DNA of 64,000 nt, from NCBI GenBank assembly GCA_034521815.1, contig JAXHLW010000013.1:1472001-1536000 (forward strand), read 5' to 3'. The stretch comes from Trueperaceae bacterium (GTDB lineage Bacteria; Deinococcota; Deinococci; Deinococcales; Trueperaceae). The notes beneath the pieces were generated by a model. The model did not search any database and was not told the origin of the DNA. It saw nothing but the letters and a program-made list of their open reading frames with translations. Positions 10,546 through 22,086 of the stretch are shown here, one piece after another. Position 1 is the stretch's first letter. Every line of letters begins with the position of its first letter. The position numbers were made by a program, and so were the translations under genes.

Positions 10546-11463
10546 ATGAGACCGATCTTCGCACCCCGCCGTGGCGCCTGGAACGCCCTTCTCGTCACGT
10601 TGGCCGTGACGGTGTCCACGCTGCTCTCGTTCGCGCTGGCGCAGACCCTTCCCGATGCCGCCGAGGACGCCCTGTTCGCTGCGAGGAACGCGATGCAGCA
10701 AGCCATCGAGCAGGACGTCCCGCCCTACCCCGACCAGCCGCTCTGGGCCGAGGCGGCGCGGCACGCCCGGCGCGCGGTCGAGCTGGCCCCGAACCACCCG
10801 CGAACCCAGGGCACCCTGGCCGAGGTCTACTCCCGCAGCACCTTCCATGCACGCGCCTGGAGCGCTTGGCAGGCGTACCTGAACGCCGGCCACGGTCTGG
10901 ACGCCACGCAGACGCCCCTGTTCCTGGAGACCGGCGAGGAGATGGCCTGGTCGGCGTACCAGCGCGGTGACCGCGAGCGCGCTGCGGCGATCCACCTCGA
11001 CGTCCTCGACGCCGTTCCGTTCAGCAAAGAGTCGCGCGTCTGGATGGGACGAATCCGTCTGGAGCAGCGTCGCCCCGCCGACGCGATCCCCTACTGGGAA
11101 GCCGTCGTCGCCCAAGACCCGGACGACGACCGCGCCCGCTACTTCCTGGAGCTCGCCACCGACCAGGCCCGCTGGGGCGTCGACGCTGCCCTAGCGTTCC
11201 GGGACGGCGTGTCGCACTACGAGGCCAACGACCTGAACGCCGCCATGCGCGCCTTCGAGCGCGCCACCGACGCGAACTCCGCGTACCCCGACGCCTGGGC
11301 GTGGCGTGGACGCGTCGCGTTCGAGCGGGGGTCGTGGCTCGTCGCCCGCAACCACTACGCCAGCGCGCTGGAGCTCGACCCCGGCAACGACACCTACAGC
11401 TACTTCCGCAACGAGGCGCAACGCCGCCTGGACGCATCGACCACGAGCGACGGAGCGCCGTAG
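10546..11463 (+). CDS. Exported tetratricopeptide-repeat protein
   Basis: RBS gaaggagg; signal-peptide-like N-terminus (ALA-Q); TPR-like helices ending AVELAP, ALELDP. Confidence 0.75.
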   Translation: MRPIFAPRRGAWNALLVTLAVTVSTLLSFALAQTLPDAAEDALFAARNAMQQAIEQDVPPYPDQPLWAEAARHARRAVELAPNHPRTQGTLAEVYSRSTFHARAWSAWQAYLNAGHGLDATQTPLFLETGEEMAWSAYQRGDRERAAAIHLDVLDAVPFSKESRVWMGRIRLEQRRPADAIPYWEAVVAQDPDDDRARYFLELATDQARWGVDAALAFRDGVSHYEANDLNAAMRAFERATDANSAYPDAWAWRGRVAFERGSWLVARNHYASALELDPGNDTYSYFRNEAQRRLDASTTSDGAP

Positions 11464-11472
11464 GCGACCTGC

Positions 11473-13014
11473 GTGTCTCGCACGACCGTCCTGGTGCTGC
11501 GTGACCAGCTGACGCGCGACGTCGGCCCGCTGGCGGACGCCGACCCCGAGCGGACGCGGGTGGTGATGGTCGAGTCCCGCGCGCTGCTCCACGGCGCCCC
11601 GCACCACGCACAGAAGCTGGTGGCGATCCTCTCGGCCATGCGCCACTTCGCCGCCGAGCTGGAGGCCGACGGCGTCGACGTCGCCTACGTGCGGCACGAC
11701 GCCGACGAGGCGCACGACCTCGCTACGGCGCTGGCGGCGCACGTCCGCGCGTTCGGTCCCGACGAGATCGTCGCGATGCGCCCGACCGACCACGGCGTGG
11801 CCGAAGCGATCGACCGGGCCGTCCGCGACGAAGGCGCGTCGATGCGCTGGCTGCCGAACGCGTCGTGGATCACCGACGACGCCCTGTACGACGACTGGGC
11901 CGAGGGCCGCAAGACGCTCCGCATGGAGGGGTTCTACCGCGAGGTGCGCCGCTCGACCGGCATCCTGATGGACGACGGCCAGCCCGCCGGCGGACGCTGG
12001 AACTACGACGCGGACAACCGCGAGCGGCCACCGTCGGACCTGACACCCCCCGCCTTTCCGACGTTCGAGGCGGACGAGCTCACCAGGCAGGCGCAGCGCG
12101 AGGTCCAGGCCTCGATGCCGGACCGCTGGGGCGAGGCCGAGCCGTTCCACTGGCCCGTCACCCGCGCGGACGCGCTCCGTGCGTTGGACGCGTTCGTCAC
12201 GCACCGACTGGCGCGTTTCGGCGACTACCAGGACGCGATGGTCGAGGGCCAGCCGTTCCTGTGGCACAGCGGACTGTCGGTACCGTTGAACCTGGGTCTG
12301 CTGCACCCGCGCGAGGTCGTCGACGCCGCGCTGGCCCACGCCGAGCGTCATCCTTCCGACGTCCCCCTCAACGCGCTCGAGGGGTTCGTCCGTCAGATCG
12401 CGGGCTGGCGCGAGTTCATCCGGCACGCGTACCGAACACGGGGAGAGGAGCTGCGCCGCGCCAACGCGCTGGACGCGGACGGCACGCTTCCCCCCGCCTA
12501 CTGGGGCGCACCGACGGAGCTGCGCTGCCTGGCGACCACGGTCGAGCAGCTGAGGCTCCACGGCTACACGCACCACATCCAGCGCCTGATGGTGCTGGGC
12601 AACGTCGCCCAGCTGGCCGGCACCGACCCCTCGCAGGTGCTGGACTGGTTCACCGCCAGCCACATCGACGCCCTGGACTGGGTGATGGTCCCCAACGTGA
12701 TGGGCATGAGCCAGTACGCGGACGGCGGCGTGATGACGACGAAACCGTACGTCTCGGGCGGCGCGTACCTGAACCGGATGAGCGACCATTGCGGAGCGTG
12801 CCGCTTCGACCCGAAAGCGAAAAGCGGTCCCGACGCCTGCCCCTTGACCGCCTGGTACTGGAGCTTCATCGACCGTCACCAGGACCGCTTCGCGTCGAAC
12901 CACCGCATGCGGATGATCGTGGCCGCCTGGAGAAAGCGCGACCCGGACGATCGGGCTCGGATCCTGGCACGCGCCGCGCAGGATATCGAGGCGTTCCGCG
13001 CAGGCGAGCTGTAG
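11473..13014 (+). CDS. Fe-S bacterial cryptochrome/photolyase (PhrB/CryB-type, 6-4 photolyase-like)
   Basis: HAQKL, RMEGFYR, GGRWNYDADNR, HHIQRLM, KPYVSGGAYLNRMSDHCGAC...ACP cysteine cluster. Confidence 0.92.
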   Translation: MSRTTVLVLRDQLTRDVGPLADADPERTRVVMVESRALLHGAPHHAQKLVAILSAMRHFAAELEADGVDVAYVRHDADEAHDLATALAAHVRAFGPDEIVAMRPTDHGVAEAIDRAVRDEGASMRWLPNASWITDDALYDDWAEGRKTLRMEGFYREVRRSTGILMDDGQPAGGRWNYDADNRERPPSDLTPPAFPTFEADELTRQAQREVQASMPDRWGEAEPFHWPVTRADALRALDAFVTHRLARFGDYQDAMVEGQPFLWHSGLSVPLNLGLLHPREVVDAALAHAERHPSDVPLNALEGFVRQIAGWREFIRHAYRTRGEELRRANALDADGTLPPAYWGAPTELRCLATTVEQLRLHGYTHHIQRLMVLGNVAQLAGTDPSQVLDWFTASHIDALDWVMVPNVMGMSQYADGGVMTTKPYVSGGAYLNRMSDHCGACRFDPKAKSGPDACPLTAWYWSFIDRHQDRFASNHRMRMIVAAWRKRDPDDRARILARAAQDIEAFRAGEL

Positions 13015-13197
13015 CGGAACGTCGAACGCGGCGCGCGGGTGCGCGACGCGTCACAGGCCCGCGTGTGAGGCAATCGGTGGCCCTGACGCGGCCCGAAGGT
13101 CTACGCTGTCCAGCCGGAGAGGAGGTGCGCGATCGACACCGACCCGCATAGCGTCCGCCGTTCCCGGCAGGCCACGCTAGGAAACCATTTCCAGGCC

Positions 13198-15221
13198 GTG
13201 TTCCAGAGCCGCTACGTGTGGCTGTGGCTGCTCACGCCCGACGGCATCCTGGTCGAAGCGAACGACCTGGCGCTGGACGCGGCCGGCGTCGAGCGCGACG
13301 AGGTCGTGTGGCGCCCCGTCTGGGAAACGCCGTGGTTCGCGGGGGACCCCGCTCTCGCGAACAGCTCCGGCAGTCGGTGGACCTGGTCGAATCGGGCCGT
13401 GACATGCGCACCGTGTCGGACCTCTTCTCCGGGCGCGGCCTTCGGCGCGTCGACCTTACGCTGCGTGCGTTCGGCGAACCCGGGGGCGCCGCCAGCCTCC
13501 TGATCCTCGAAGGACGCGACCTCAGCCCCTTGCGTGATTTCGAGCATGACCGCGACGTCATTCTGGGCGCACTGGACGTCGGGGTCGTCGTCCACGGTCC
13601 GGACCGCCAGATCGCGTACCACAACCGCGCGGCCGACGCGCTCCTGGACGACGCCGCGCTCAGCGGTCGCCCGGACAGCCGCCTGGTGGACGAGGCGGGC
13701 CGACCGATGGACGCGGAGCATCTGCCCGCGGCACGCGTGCTGGCCGAGGGGCGGCCGGTTCTGGACGTCGTGCTGGGCGTGGGCCGCGCGGACGGCACCC
13801 GCTGGCTCCGCGCCGACGCGCATCCGCTGCACCATCCCGACGCGAGCGCGCCGCACGGCGCGGTCGCGATCTACCGCGACGTGACCGAGCTGCGCAGGCA
13901 GCGACGGCTGATCGAGCATCACACGCATCTCGATCCGCTCACCGGGCTTCCGAACCGGGGCGCGTTCTTCCACGAGGTCACCCGCGCCCTGTCCGCGTCC
14001 GAGTCGATCGCCGTGCTGCTGCTGGACGTCGACGGCTTCCGCCGTGTGAACGAGACGCACGGTCACGACCTGGGCGACAAGGTCCTCGCCTGGGTCGCCC
14101 GGCAGCTGGAGCGCTCGGTGCGTCCCGACGACGTCCCCGCTCGGCTGGGAGCGGACGAGTTCGGGCTTCTGCTGCGACGCGTGAACGAGGACGAGGACGC
14201 CCGGATCGTGGCGCAGCGCGTCCACCTGCAGCTCGAGGGCGGCCCCCGGATCGGCGGCCTCCGCATCGACGCGAACGCCAGCATGGGCCTGGCTCGCGGT
14301 CGTGAGGACCAGACCGCCGAAGAGCTGATCCGCGACGCGGGGTTCGCGCTGGCGCACGCCAAGCGGCACGAGCGGGGCCAATGGATCGTGTACGACAGCG
14401 AGCTGAAGGGAAAGCAGACGCGCCGCCTGGGCATCCAGGGCGAGCTGCTCCGCGCGACCGAGCTGGAACAGTTCGAGGTGTACTACCAGCCGCTCGTGAA
14501 CGCCAAAGGACACGGCGTGGTGGGCGCCGAAGCGCTGATGCGCTGGCGTCACCCGACCCGCGGTCTGCTGCCGCCCGGCGAGTTCATCCCCGCGGCCGAG
14601 GAGAGCGGCCAGATCGTGGAGATGGAAGCGTGGCTTCAGCGCGACGCGATGGCGCAGCTGCGGCAGTGGAACCGCGCCAAGCCCGACCTGCACGTGTCGA
14701 TGAACCTCTCCGCCCGGCAGCTCGAGCGGCCCGACTTCGTCGAGCGGTTCGGCAAGGCGGTCGAGGACAGCGGTGTCAACGTGAAGAACGTGATCGCCGA
14801 GGTCACCGAGACGTTCGCGATGCAGCACCCACGCGAGGCGGCCCGCGTCCTGGCCGGCCTGTCGGAGCTGGGCGTGTCGCTGGCGATCGACGACTTCGGC
14901 ACGGGCTACTCCAACCTGGGGCAGCTGCAGCACCTGCCGTTCCAGATCGTCAAGATCGATCGCAGCTTCCTGCGGGACGTGCCCGAGAATCAGCGCAACT
15001 TCGCGCTGGTCCGCACCATCATCGCGATGGCGCAGTCGCTGGAGCTCGAGATCATCGCCGAAGGGGTCGAGACGAAGACCCAGGCCGACTTCCTGTACTG
15101 GGAAGGCGCGACGTGGCTGCAAGGCTTCCACTTCGGCCGTCCCATGCCGTCAGCCACGTTCGGCCAGGTGGCGCTGGGCGGCGCGTTGCCGCTGAGCGAC
15201 CTGGAGTCGGAAGAGCTGTAG
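13198..15221 (+). CDS. PAS-PAS-GGDEF-EAL c-di-GMP signalling protein; frameshift near 13350, start uncertain
   Basis: PAS (PVWETPWF) in 13198 frame; DPLTGLPNR, GADEF, EALMRW, DDFGTGYS, KIDRSF, AEGVET in 13218 frame. Confidence 0.88.
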
Positions 15222-15257
15222 CCGGAAGAGCTGCAGCCGTAAGACCGGTGAGCGCCG

Positions 15258-16413
15258 CTACTCGTCGCTTATCTTGACCGGCGGCAGCCGATCGCTGGTT
15301 CGCTTGGGCGCCCCCGCCGTGAACATCTCGACCTTGGCGTCGTCGTTCGTCCACACCGACCGCCAGACGGCGTTCCTGCCGCCGCGCTTGGCGGCGTACA
15401 TCGCCTCGTCGGCGCGGCGCACCACATCCGCAGCGCTCTCCTCGCCTCGCCGCTCCGCGACGCCGAAGCTGGCCGTCAACGCCCAGTCGATCCCGAAGTC
15501 GTGCTCCTCGATCAGGCTCCTGAGCCGCTCGCCCATCGTCGAGGCTCGCTCCAGCGTCATCTCGGGCGCGACGATGAGGAACTCTTCTCCGCCCCAGCGG
15601 ACGAGGATGTCGCTTTCCCGATAACGACTGCTGAGCACCTTCGGAATCTCGGCCAGCACCCGGTCGCCAGCGGCGTGCCCATACGAGTCGTTCACGTACT
15701 TGAAGAAGTCCACGTCGAACAGCACGATGGACAGCGGTCGCTCGTAGCGTTGGGACCGCTCGACCTCTTCCTCCAACAGCCGCTCGCCCTTTCGGCGGTT
15801 CGCGATCGCCGTCAACGCGTCGGTGTTGGCTGCCAGCTCCATGCGCGCGGCGTGCCGTTCGCTGGCGCGGATCACGCGCGCCACGCCGCTGAAGATCAGG
15901 ATCGTGACGCCGTTGGCGACCAGCGCCTCGCCCAGCGTCACGAGCTCCAGCTGCGAGTGCCCCTCGGGCCAGAACAGGTGCGACGACGCCACGACCGCCA
16001 AGACGGCCCACAGCGACCACGACACCAGTCCACCCAGCCGCGGCCCGAACACCAGGAACGCGAACGCGTAGATGACCGGCAGCCACATCGCCTGCCGGAT
16101 CAGCTCGAACGAGCTCTCGGCCAGGTGCGAAGCCGCGCCCGCGAACAGGATCGACACCAGCATCGTCGCGACGACGAACACCGACCAGCGCCCGCTCGAT
16201 CCGCTCGAATGCCGCCGGCCATCGGATCACCGCGTACATGAACAGCAGCAGCCCCGCGGCCACCACCAGACCGATCCACGACGCCCACGCCATCGACTGC
16301 TGCATGACAAGGCGGTACACCACCGAACCAGCAGAGGCTACCGCCGCAATCGGCAACAACACCAGAACGATCTGGCGTTTGATCGACGCAGGTGTTTCGG
16401 ACGAGGCGTCCAC
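15258..16413 (-). CDS. Membrane-bound diguanylate cyclase; frameshift near 16185
   Basis: TM helices across two frames; DALTAIANR, FKYVNDSYGH, RESD I-site, RWGGEEF. Confidence 0.88.
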
Positions 16414-16627
16414 ACGTCAGAATAGCGCGGCCAGCGGGCCGAAACGCCAAGTCGCGAGCGGCGAGGCTGGGCGTCGCGCCACGATGCGTGAGCCACGTGC
16501 GTCCGGACCAGGCACCTTTGACCGGCACGAACCTGGCGTGAACGGGGCGCTGGCGTCGCACAGGTTTGCACCCCTCCGCGGCGAGACGCTATACTCCTTG
16601 TCGCTCACGAAGGACGGTGAGCCGCAC

Positions 16628-16703
<76 letters not shown>

Positions 16704-16713
16704 TAGGAAGCGC

Positions 16714-16748
16714 GTGAGGGACGAGCTTCTTGGAGGCTCGTCCCTCAC
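16714..16748 (+). terminator. Hairpin after tRNA-Lys
   Basis: 13-bp perfect stem gtgagggacgagc/gctcgtccctcac. Confidence 0.7.
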
Positions 16749-16982
16749 ACCTGCCACGCCAGGAAGCGCCGGGACACCTTTCACGACACCGAATGTTCGG
16801 GTAACCGCAGCAATTGGGTCACGGCGTGGTGGAAGGCTGAAGGCTCCAGCAATCCATCAATCGCCGATCGGAAGTGCGTCGCTTCGCTGCGACCTTCACA
16901 CCAAGTCCGCGTGGGACCTGACACCCCCTCCAGAACGGGGTGCCTCTTTCGTTGGCTGGATGAGGAAGGGGCTTCACGGGCG

Positions 16983-18511
16983 TCAGCGACCATAGGCGCG
17001 GATGAACGCGTCGCGGCCGCCAGCGTTGGGGCCTTCGAGAGCGCCTTCCGTGTAGCCGGCAACGTAGACGTGGCCGATCGCGTCCGTGGCGATGCCTCGG
17101 GCGAGGTCGTCCGCGGCGGTGCCGAATTGGCGGGTCCAGCGGACGTCGCCATTTTGGTCGTAGGCGCGAATGAACGCGTCGAACTCGCCCTGCCCTAGGG
17201 CCTTCGAGGTCGCCGAACGTGGTTCCGGCAACGTAGACGTGACCGTTCGCGTCCGTGGCGATGCCTCGGGCGAGGTCGTCCGCGGCGGTGCCGAATTGGC
17301 GGGTCCAGCGGACGTCGCCGTCTTGGTCGTACGCGCGAATGAACGCATCGTCGTTGCCGGCGTTGCTGCCTTCGAGGGCGCCGAGCGTATGGCCGGCAAC
17401 GTAGACGTGACCGTTCGCGTCCGTGGCGATGCCTCGGGCGAGGTCGTCCGCGGCGGTGCCGAATTGGCGGGTCCAGCGGAGATCGCCGTTTTGGTCGTAC
17501 GCGCGAATGAACGCGTCGGCGAATCCAGCGTTGGGGCCTTCGAGGGCGCCGCTCGTGGCGCCGGCAACGTAGACGTTGCCGTTCGCGTCCGTCGCGACAC
17601 CGTGGGCGACTTCGAACGCGGTGGTGCCGAATTGGCGGGTCCAGCGGAGATCGCCGTTTTGGTCGTAGCGCGCGAATGAACGCGTCGTAGTTGCCGGCGT
17701 TGCTGCCTTCAAGGGCGCCGAACGTTCGGCCGGCAACGTAGACGTGGCCGTTCGCGTCCGTGGCGATGCCTCGGGTTATTTCGTTGCTGCTGCTACCGAA
17801 TTGACGGGTCCAGCGGAGGTCGCCGTCTTGGTCAAGAGCGCGGATGAACAAGTCGGAACCTCCAGCGTTGCTGCCTTCGAGAGCGCCTCTCGTGGTGCCG
17901 GCAACGTAGACGTGGCCGTTCGCGTCCGTGGCGATGCCTCGGGCGAGGTCGTCCGCGGCGGTGCCGAATTGGCGGGTCCAGCGGACGTTGCCGTCTTGGT
18001 CGGAGGCGCGGATGAAGGCGTCGACGCTGCCGGCGTTGCTGCCTTCGAGGGCGCCGAACGTGTAGCCGGTAGCGTAGACGTTGCCGTTCGCGTCCGTTGC
18101 GATACTGAGGGTTGTATCGCTGCTGCTGGTGCCGAATTGGCGGGTCCAGCGGAGCGCGCCGGGTGGGTCGACGGTGAGTGTAATGGTGCCTTGCTTGGTG
18201 GCGTCAGCGGTGCTGGTAGCAACAATCGTGGTGCTGCCCTCGGCAAGGGCTTCGAGGAAGCCTGTGTCGGCGTCGATCGTGGCGGTGGCCGGGTTCGCGC
18301 TGCTGGTCCACGTAACGGTGGTGGGTGCTGTGCCTGCGGTGGTGACGGTCGCAGTAAGGGTTTGCGTGTCAGCCAATGACGAGCGTGCGGTCGCCGCCGT
18401 CGATGGTGACGCTCGTGACGCTCGACGCTGACGCTGCCGCCAGCACCGCAGGCGGTAAGGGCGACCGCGAGCGCGGTGAGGGGTGGCGAGACGGGTCAGG
18501 GCGTTCCGCAT
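16983..18511 (-). CDS. Lipoprotein with Ig-like (Big_2-type) domain and 7 SBBP beta-propeller repeats, copy 1 (several frameshifts)
   Basis: RBS ggagga; VTWTSSANPATATID Ig segment; seven ~168-bp repeats WTRQFGT..GIATDANG.VYVAG.T.GALEG.NAG..DAFIRAYD. Confidence 0.82.
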
Positions 18512-18623
18512 GAGTTCCTCCAGGACATCATCGTCAACTTTGGATTGCGCAGGTGGGCGAAGATACCGTGCGTTGCGACGTTCCACGGGTCACGTGATGA
18601 CTGAACCCCGGTCTTCGTTCCGG

Positions 18624-19495
18624 TCATGGTGTGGGTTCCATCGTCAGGCTACCTGACGCCTGGTACTGGTTGAGGACTTCGATCGGTGTCTTGTCTCCGA
18701 GCGCGCCGTGGGGGCGTTCTTCGTTGAACCACCTGCGCCACTGTTCCAGCATGACGCGGGCTTCCGCCAGGCTTTGGAACAGTTCCTGGTCGAGCAGCTC
18801 GTCGCGAAGGCGAGCGTGGAACGTCTCCGCGAACGGGTTTTGCCAGGGCGCGCCCGGCTCGATGAACATCGTCCCCACGCCCGTCGCCGCCAGGAACCGC
18901 TGAATGGCGTTCGCAACGAACTCGGGACCGTTATCGCTCCGCAGGTGGTTCGGAGGGCCGTACAGCGTCATGAGGCGCTCGAGAGCCTCGATCACGTCGA
19001 CCGCCTTGAAGCTCCGCGCGGCCGTCATGAACAAGCAGGTCTTCGTGTACTCGTCCGTCACCGTCAAGATCTTGAGGACGCCACCGTCGGCCGTCGCGTC
19101 GAACAGGAAATCGACGGCCCACACGTCGTGCGGCGCTTCCGCCCGGTAGCGTTCCGTCCCGTCGACCTGCGGACCCAACCGGCGGCGCTTCTGGGTGTGC
19201 TTGGGAACGCCGAGGCCGTGCAGGCGCCACAACCTGGCGACGCGCTTCTTGTTGACCCTCCAGCCCTCCTTGCGGAGCTTCACGGTGATCTTGCGGTACC
19301 CCATCCGCGGGTTCTTCCGCGACAGGTAGTGCAGGCGATCGACCAGCTTCGCATCCGCATGCGGCCGGGATCGGACGGTAGCGAATCAGGCTGCGGGAGA
19401 CGCCCAGCGCCTGGCAGGCCCTGCGCTCGCTCACGCCGAGCGTCTTGGTGACGTGCCGTACGGCCGATCGTTTCCTCTCGGCCGTCAGTACTTTC
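18624..19495 (-). CDS. IS3-family transposase OrfB (integrase core); extra frameshift near 19360
   Basis: [43 protein letters not shown]. Confidence 0.9.
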
Positions 19496-19766
19496 CCGCG
19501 GCCACCTCCTTCAAGATGCTGTTGTCCAGCTCCTTCTCCGCCAGCAGCTTCTTCAGCCTGGCGTTCTCCTTCTCCAGCTCCTTCAAGCGTTTCGCGTCGT
19601 CGCGGCTCATGCCGGCGTACTGCTTCCGCCACCGGTAGATCGTCCACTCGGCGACCTCGACCCGCTTGGCGGCCGCAGCGATGGACAAGCCCTCCTCGGC
19701 CTGAAGACGGTCCACCTCCCGCAACTTCGACACGATCTGCTCCGGCGAATGCGATTTGCCCTTCAT
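19485..19766 (-). CDS. IS3-family transposase OrfA
   Basis: MKGKSHSPEQIVSKLRE...TIYRWRKQYAGM...LKELEKENARLKKLLAE; ends at the frameshift region GGGAAAGTACTGA. Confidence 0.92.
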   Translation of the reverse strand: MKGKSHSPEQIVSKLREVDRLQAEEGLSIAAAAKRVEVAEWTIYRWRKQYAGMSRDDAKRLKELEKENARLKKLLAEKELDNSILKEVAAGKY

Positions 19767-20085
19767 GGGACTCCCTCCTGGATACCCACACCGTAGCCGG
19801 ATCGAATCGCCCGGGGTTCGATCACACCCTCTTCCTCGACTTACAAGGCAAGCGGCAGCGTGGTGGAACGACCCCAATCGCCTTCGCGTGGATGCCGGCG
19901 AGCAACGCGTACACCTTCTGAACCAGGGTGAAAGCGCCTCCATCCTCGACTTCGAGTCGGTAGCGCGAGTCCTCCAAGGCTTCACGCCCGACAAGCCGCT
20001 CCTCGGATCCACCATCAACCGTGTCAGCGAGGGCGGCAACACACCTACAAGGGTCGATCCCGTCGAGACGTGAGTGCAACTCGAC

Positions 20086-20124
20086 ATCAGCGGGTTGTAC
20101 GTTCGAGTTCTACACGACCCACCA
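20086..20124 (+). repeat. Degenerate copy of tRNA-Lys 3' end (att-like)
   Basis: 39 bp, 2 mismatches to 16665-16703. Confidence 0.9.
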
Positions 20125-20191
20125 CCCGACACCCGTCCTGGACGAGGTGCCTTTCTTGTTGGCAGGATGACGAAGGGGCCTCCACTTGGCG

Positions 20192-21725
20192 TCATCGACC
20201 ATGAGCGCGATGGAACCCGTCGGAACTGCCGGCGTTGGGGCCTTCCAGAGCGCCTTCCGTTTCGCCGGCAACGTAGACGTGACCGTTCGCGTCCGTCGCG
20301 TTATCGTTAGCGATTTCTCTCTCGGTGGTGCCGAATTGGCGGGTCCAGCGGACGTTGCCGTCCTGGTCATAAGTGCGAAGGAACGCGTCGTAGTCGCCGG
20401 CGTTGCTGCCTTCGAGGGCGCCTCTCGTGTAGCCGACAAGGTAGGCGTGGCCGTTCGCGTCCGTCGCGACACCGCGGGCCTGGTCGCTCGCGGTGGTGCC
20501 GAATTGGCGGGTCCAGCGATGGTTGCCGTTTTGGTCGTAGGCGCGGATGAACGCGTCGGCACTGCCGGCGTTGGGGCCTTCTAAGGCGCCGAGCGTATGG
20601 CCGGCAACGTAGACGTGGCCGTTGGCGTCCGTCGCGACCCCGTTGGCGAATTCGCTCTCGGTGGTGCCGAATTGGCGGGTCCAGCGATGGTTGCCGTCTT
20701 GGTCGTAGGCGCGGATGAATGCGTCGGAGCCTCCTGCGTTGCTGCCTTCGAGAGCGCCGCTCGTTTCGCCGGCAAGGTAGACGTGGCCGTTGGCGTCCGT
20801 CGCGATACTGCGGGCCCTTTCGAACTCGGTGGTGCCGATTGGCGGGTCCAGCGGACGTTGCCGTCTTGGTCGTAGGCGCGGATGAATGCGTCGAGCTTGC
20901 CGGCACTGCCGACGAGGGTGGCTGCCGGCGCCAAGCGTTTGGCCGGTAGCGTAGACGTTGCCGTTCGCGTCCGTCGCGATACTGCTGGCCCTGTCGGACT
21001 GGGCGGTGCCGAATTGGCGGGTCCAGCGGACGTCGCCGTCTTGGTGGTAGGCGCGAATGAACGCGTCGGCACTGCCGGCGTTGCTGCCTTCGACGGCGCC
21101 GGTCGTGTACGCCGGCAACGTCGACGTTGCCGTTCGCGTCCGTCGCGATACCGCGGGCCTCTTCGCGCCCGGTGGTGGCGGTGCCGAATTGGCGGGTCCA
21201 GCGGACGTTGCCGTCTTGGTCGGAGGCGCGGATGAAGGCGTCGACGCTGCCGGCGTTGCTGCCTTCGAGGGCGCCGAACGTGTAGCCGGTAGCGTAGACG
21301 TTGCCGTTCGCGTCCGTTGCGATACTGAGGGTTGTATCGCTGCTGCTGGTGCCGAATTGGCGGGTCCAGCGGAGCGCGCCGGGTGGGTCGACGGTGATGC
21401 TAATGGTGCCTTGCTTGGTGGCGTCAGCGGTGCTGGTAGCAACAATCGTGGTGCTGCCCTCGGCAAGGGCTTCGAGGAAACCGGTCTCAGCGTGCGATCG
21501 TGGCGGTAGCGGGCTCGCTACTCGTCCACGTAACGGTGGTGGACGCTGTGCCTGCGGTGGTGACGGTCGCGGTGAGGGTTTGGGTGTCAGCAGTGACGAG
21601 CGTGCGGTCACCGCCATCGATGGCGACGCTCATGACGCTGACGCTGACGCTGCCGCCAGCACCGCAGGCCGTAAGGGCGACCACGAGCGCGGTGAGGGTA
21701 ACGAGACGGTAGAAGCGTTCCGCAT
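20192..21725 (-). CDS. Lipoprotein with Ig-like domain and 7 SBBP beta-propeller repeats, copy 2 (several frameshifts)
   Basis: Lipobox LTAC-G; Ig segment; seven WTRQFGT repeats at ~168-175 bp spacing; paralog of 16983-18511. Confidence 0.82.
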
Positions 21726-22086
21726 GAGCTTCCTCCAGGACATCATCGTCAACTCTGGTTTGCGCAGGTGCGCGAAGACACCGTGCGCTGCTGCCGCTCG
21801 AGGCACTCGACGACGAATCGCAGCCGTCGGCGGACCGGGTTGGCGGCACGTGCATCGATGGCTTCAGGTGCGAAGGTCGGTCGGTTCAGGACCATGGTAT
21901 TCCTTTCGGGGCGTGAGCCGGATGGAATCCTCCTGCGCGTCGACCGTAGATCGAGGTCCGTTCCCCAGCCGTTGCCATCAAGAGAACGCCCTGAACGGCA
22001 ACGGTCCGGGACACGCGATCTGTATCGAAGCGGCGGCTTGGTTCGTCACCGGCTGCCCCGAGTGCCGTGATTGCAATTCCGGCCTT

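Larger units (their letters stand above)
18598..19824 (-). mobile_element. IS3-family insertion sequence (~1227 bp)
   Basis: TG...CA ends with imperfect IRs tgactgaaccccgg / ccggggttcgatca; orfA and orfB with DDE motifs; no clear target duplication. Confidence 0.92.

Noticed and set aside
15208-15253. 15-bp tandem repeat cggaagagctg(t/c)agc between convergent c-di-GMP genes
   Set aside because: Two to three units overlapping a stop codon; simple slippage with no evidence of function.
19825-20073. Open frame between the IS3 end and the att-like copy
   Set aside because: Possibly the tail of a truncated gene, but no family is recognisable by eye.
16983-21400. Regular repeats with variable inserts resembling a CRISPR array or DGR TR/VR pair
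   Set aside because: The period is ~168 bp and codes for SBBP blades; no cas or reverse transcriptase gene; variation is not evidently adenine-restricted.
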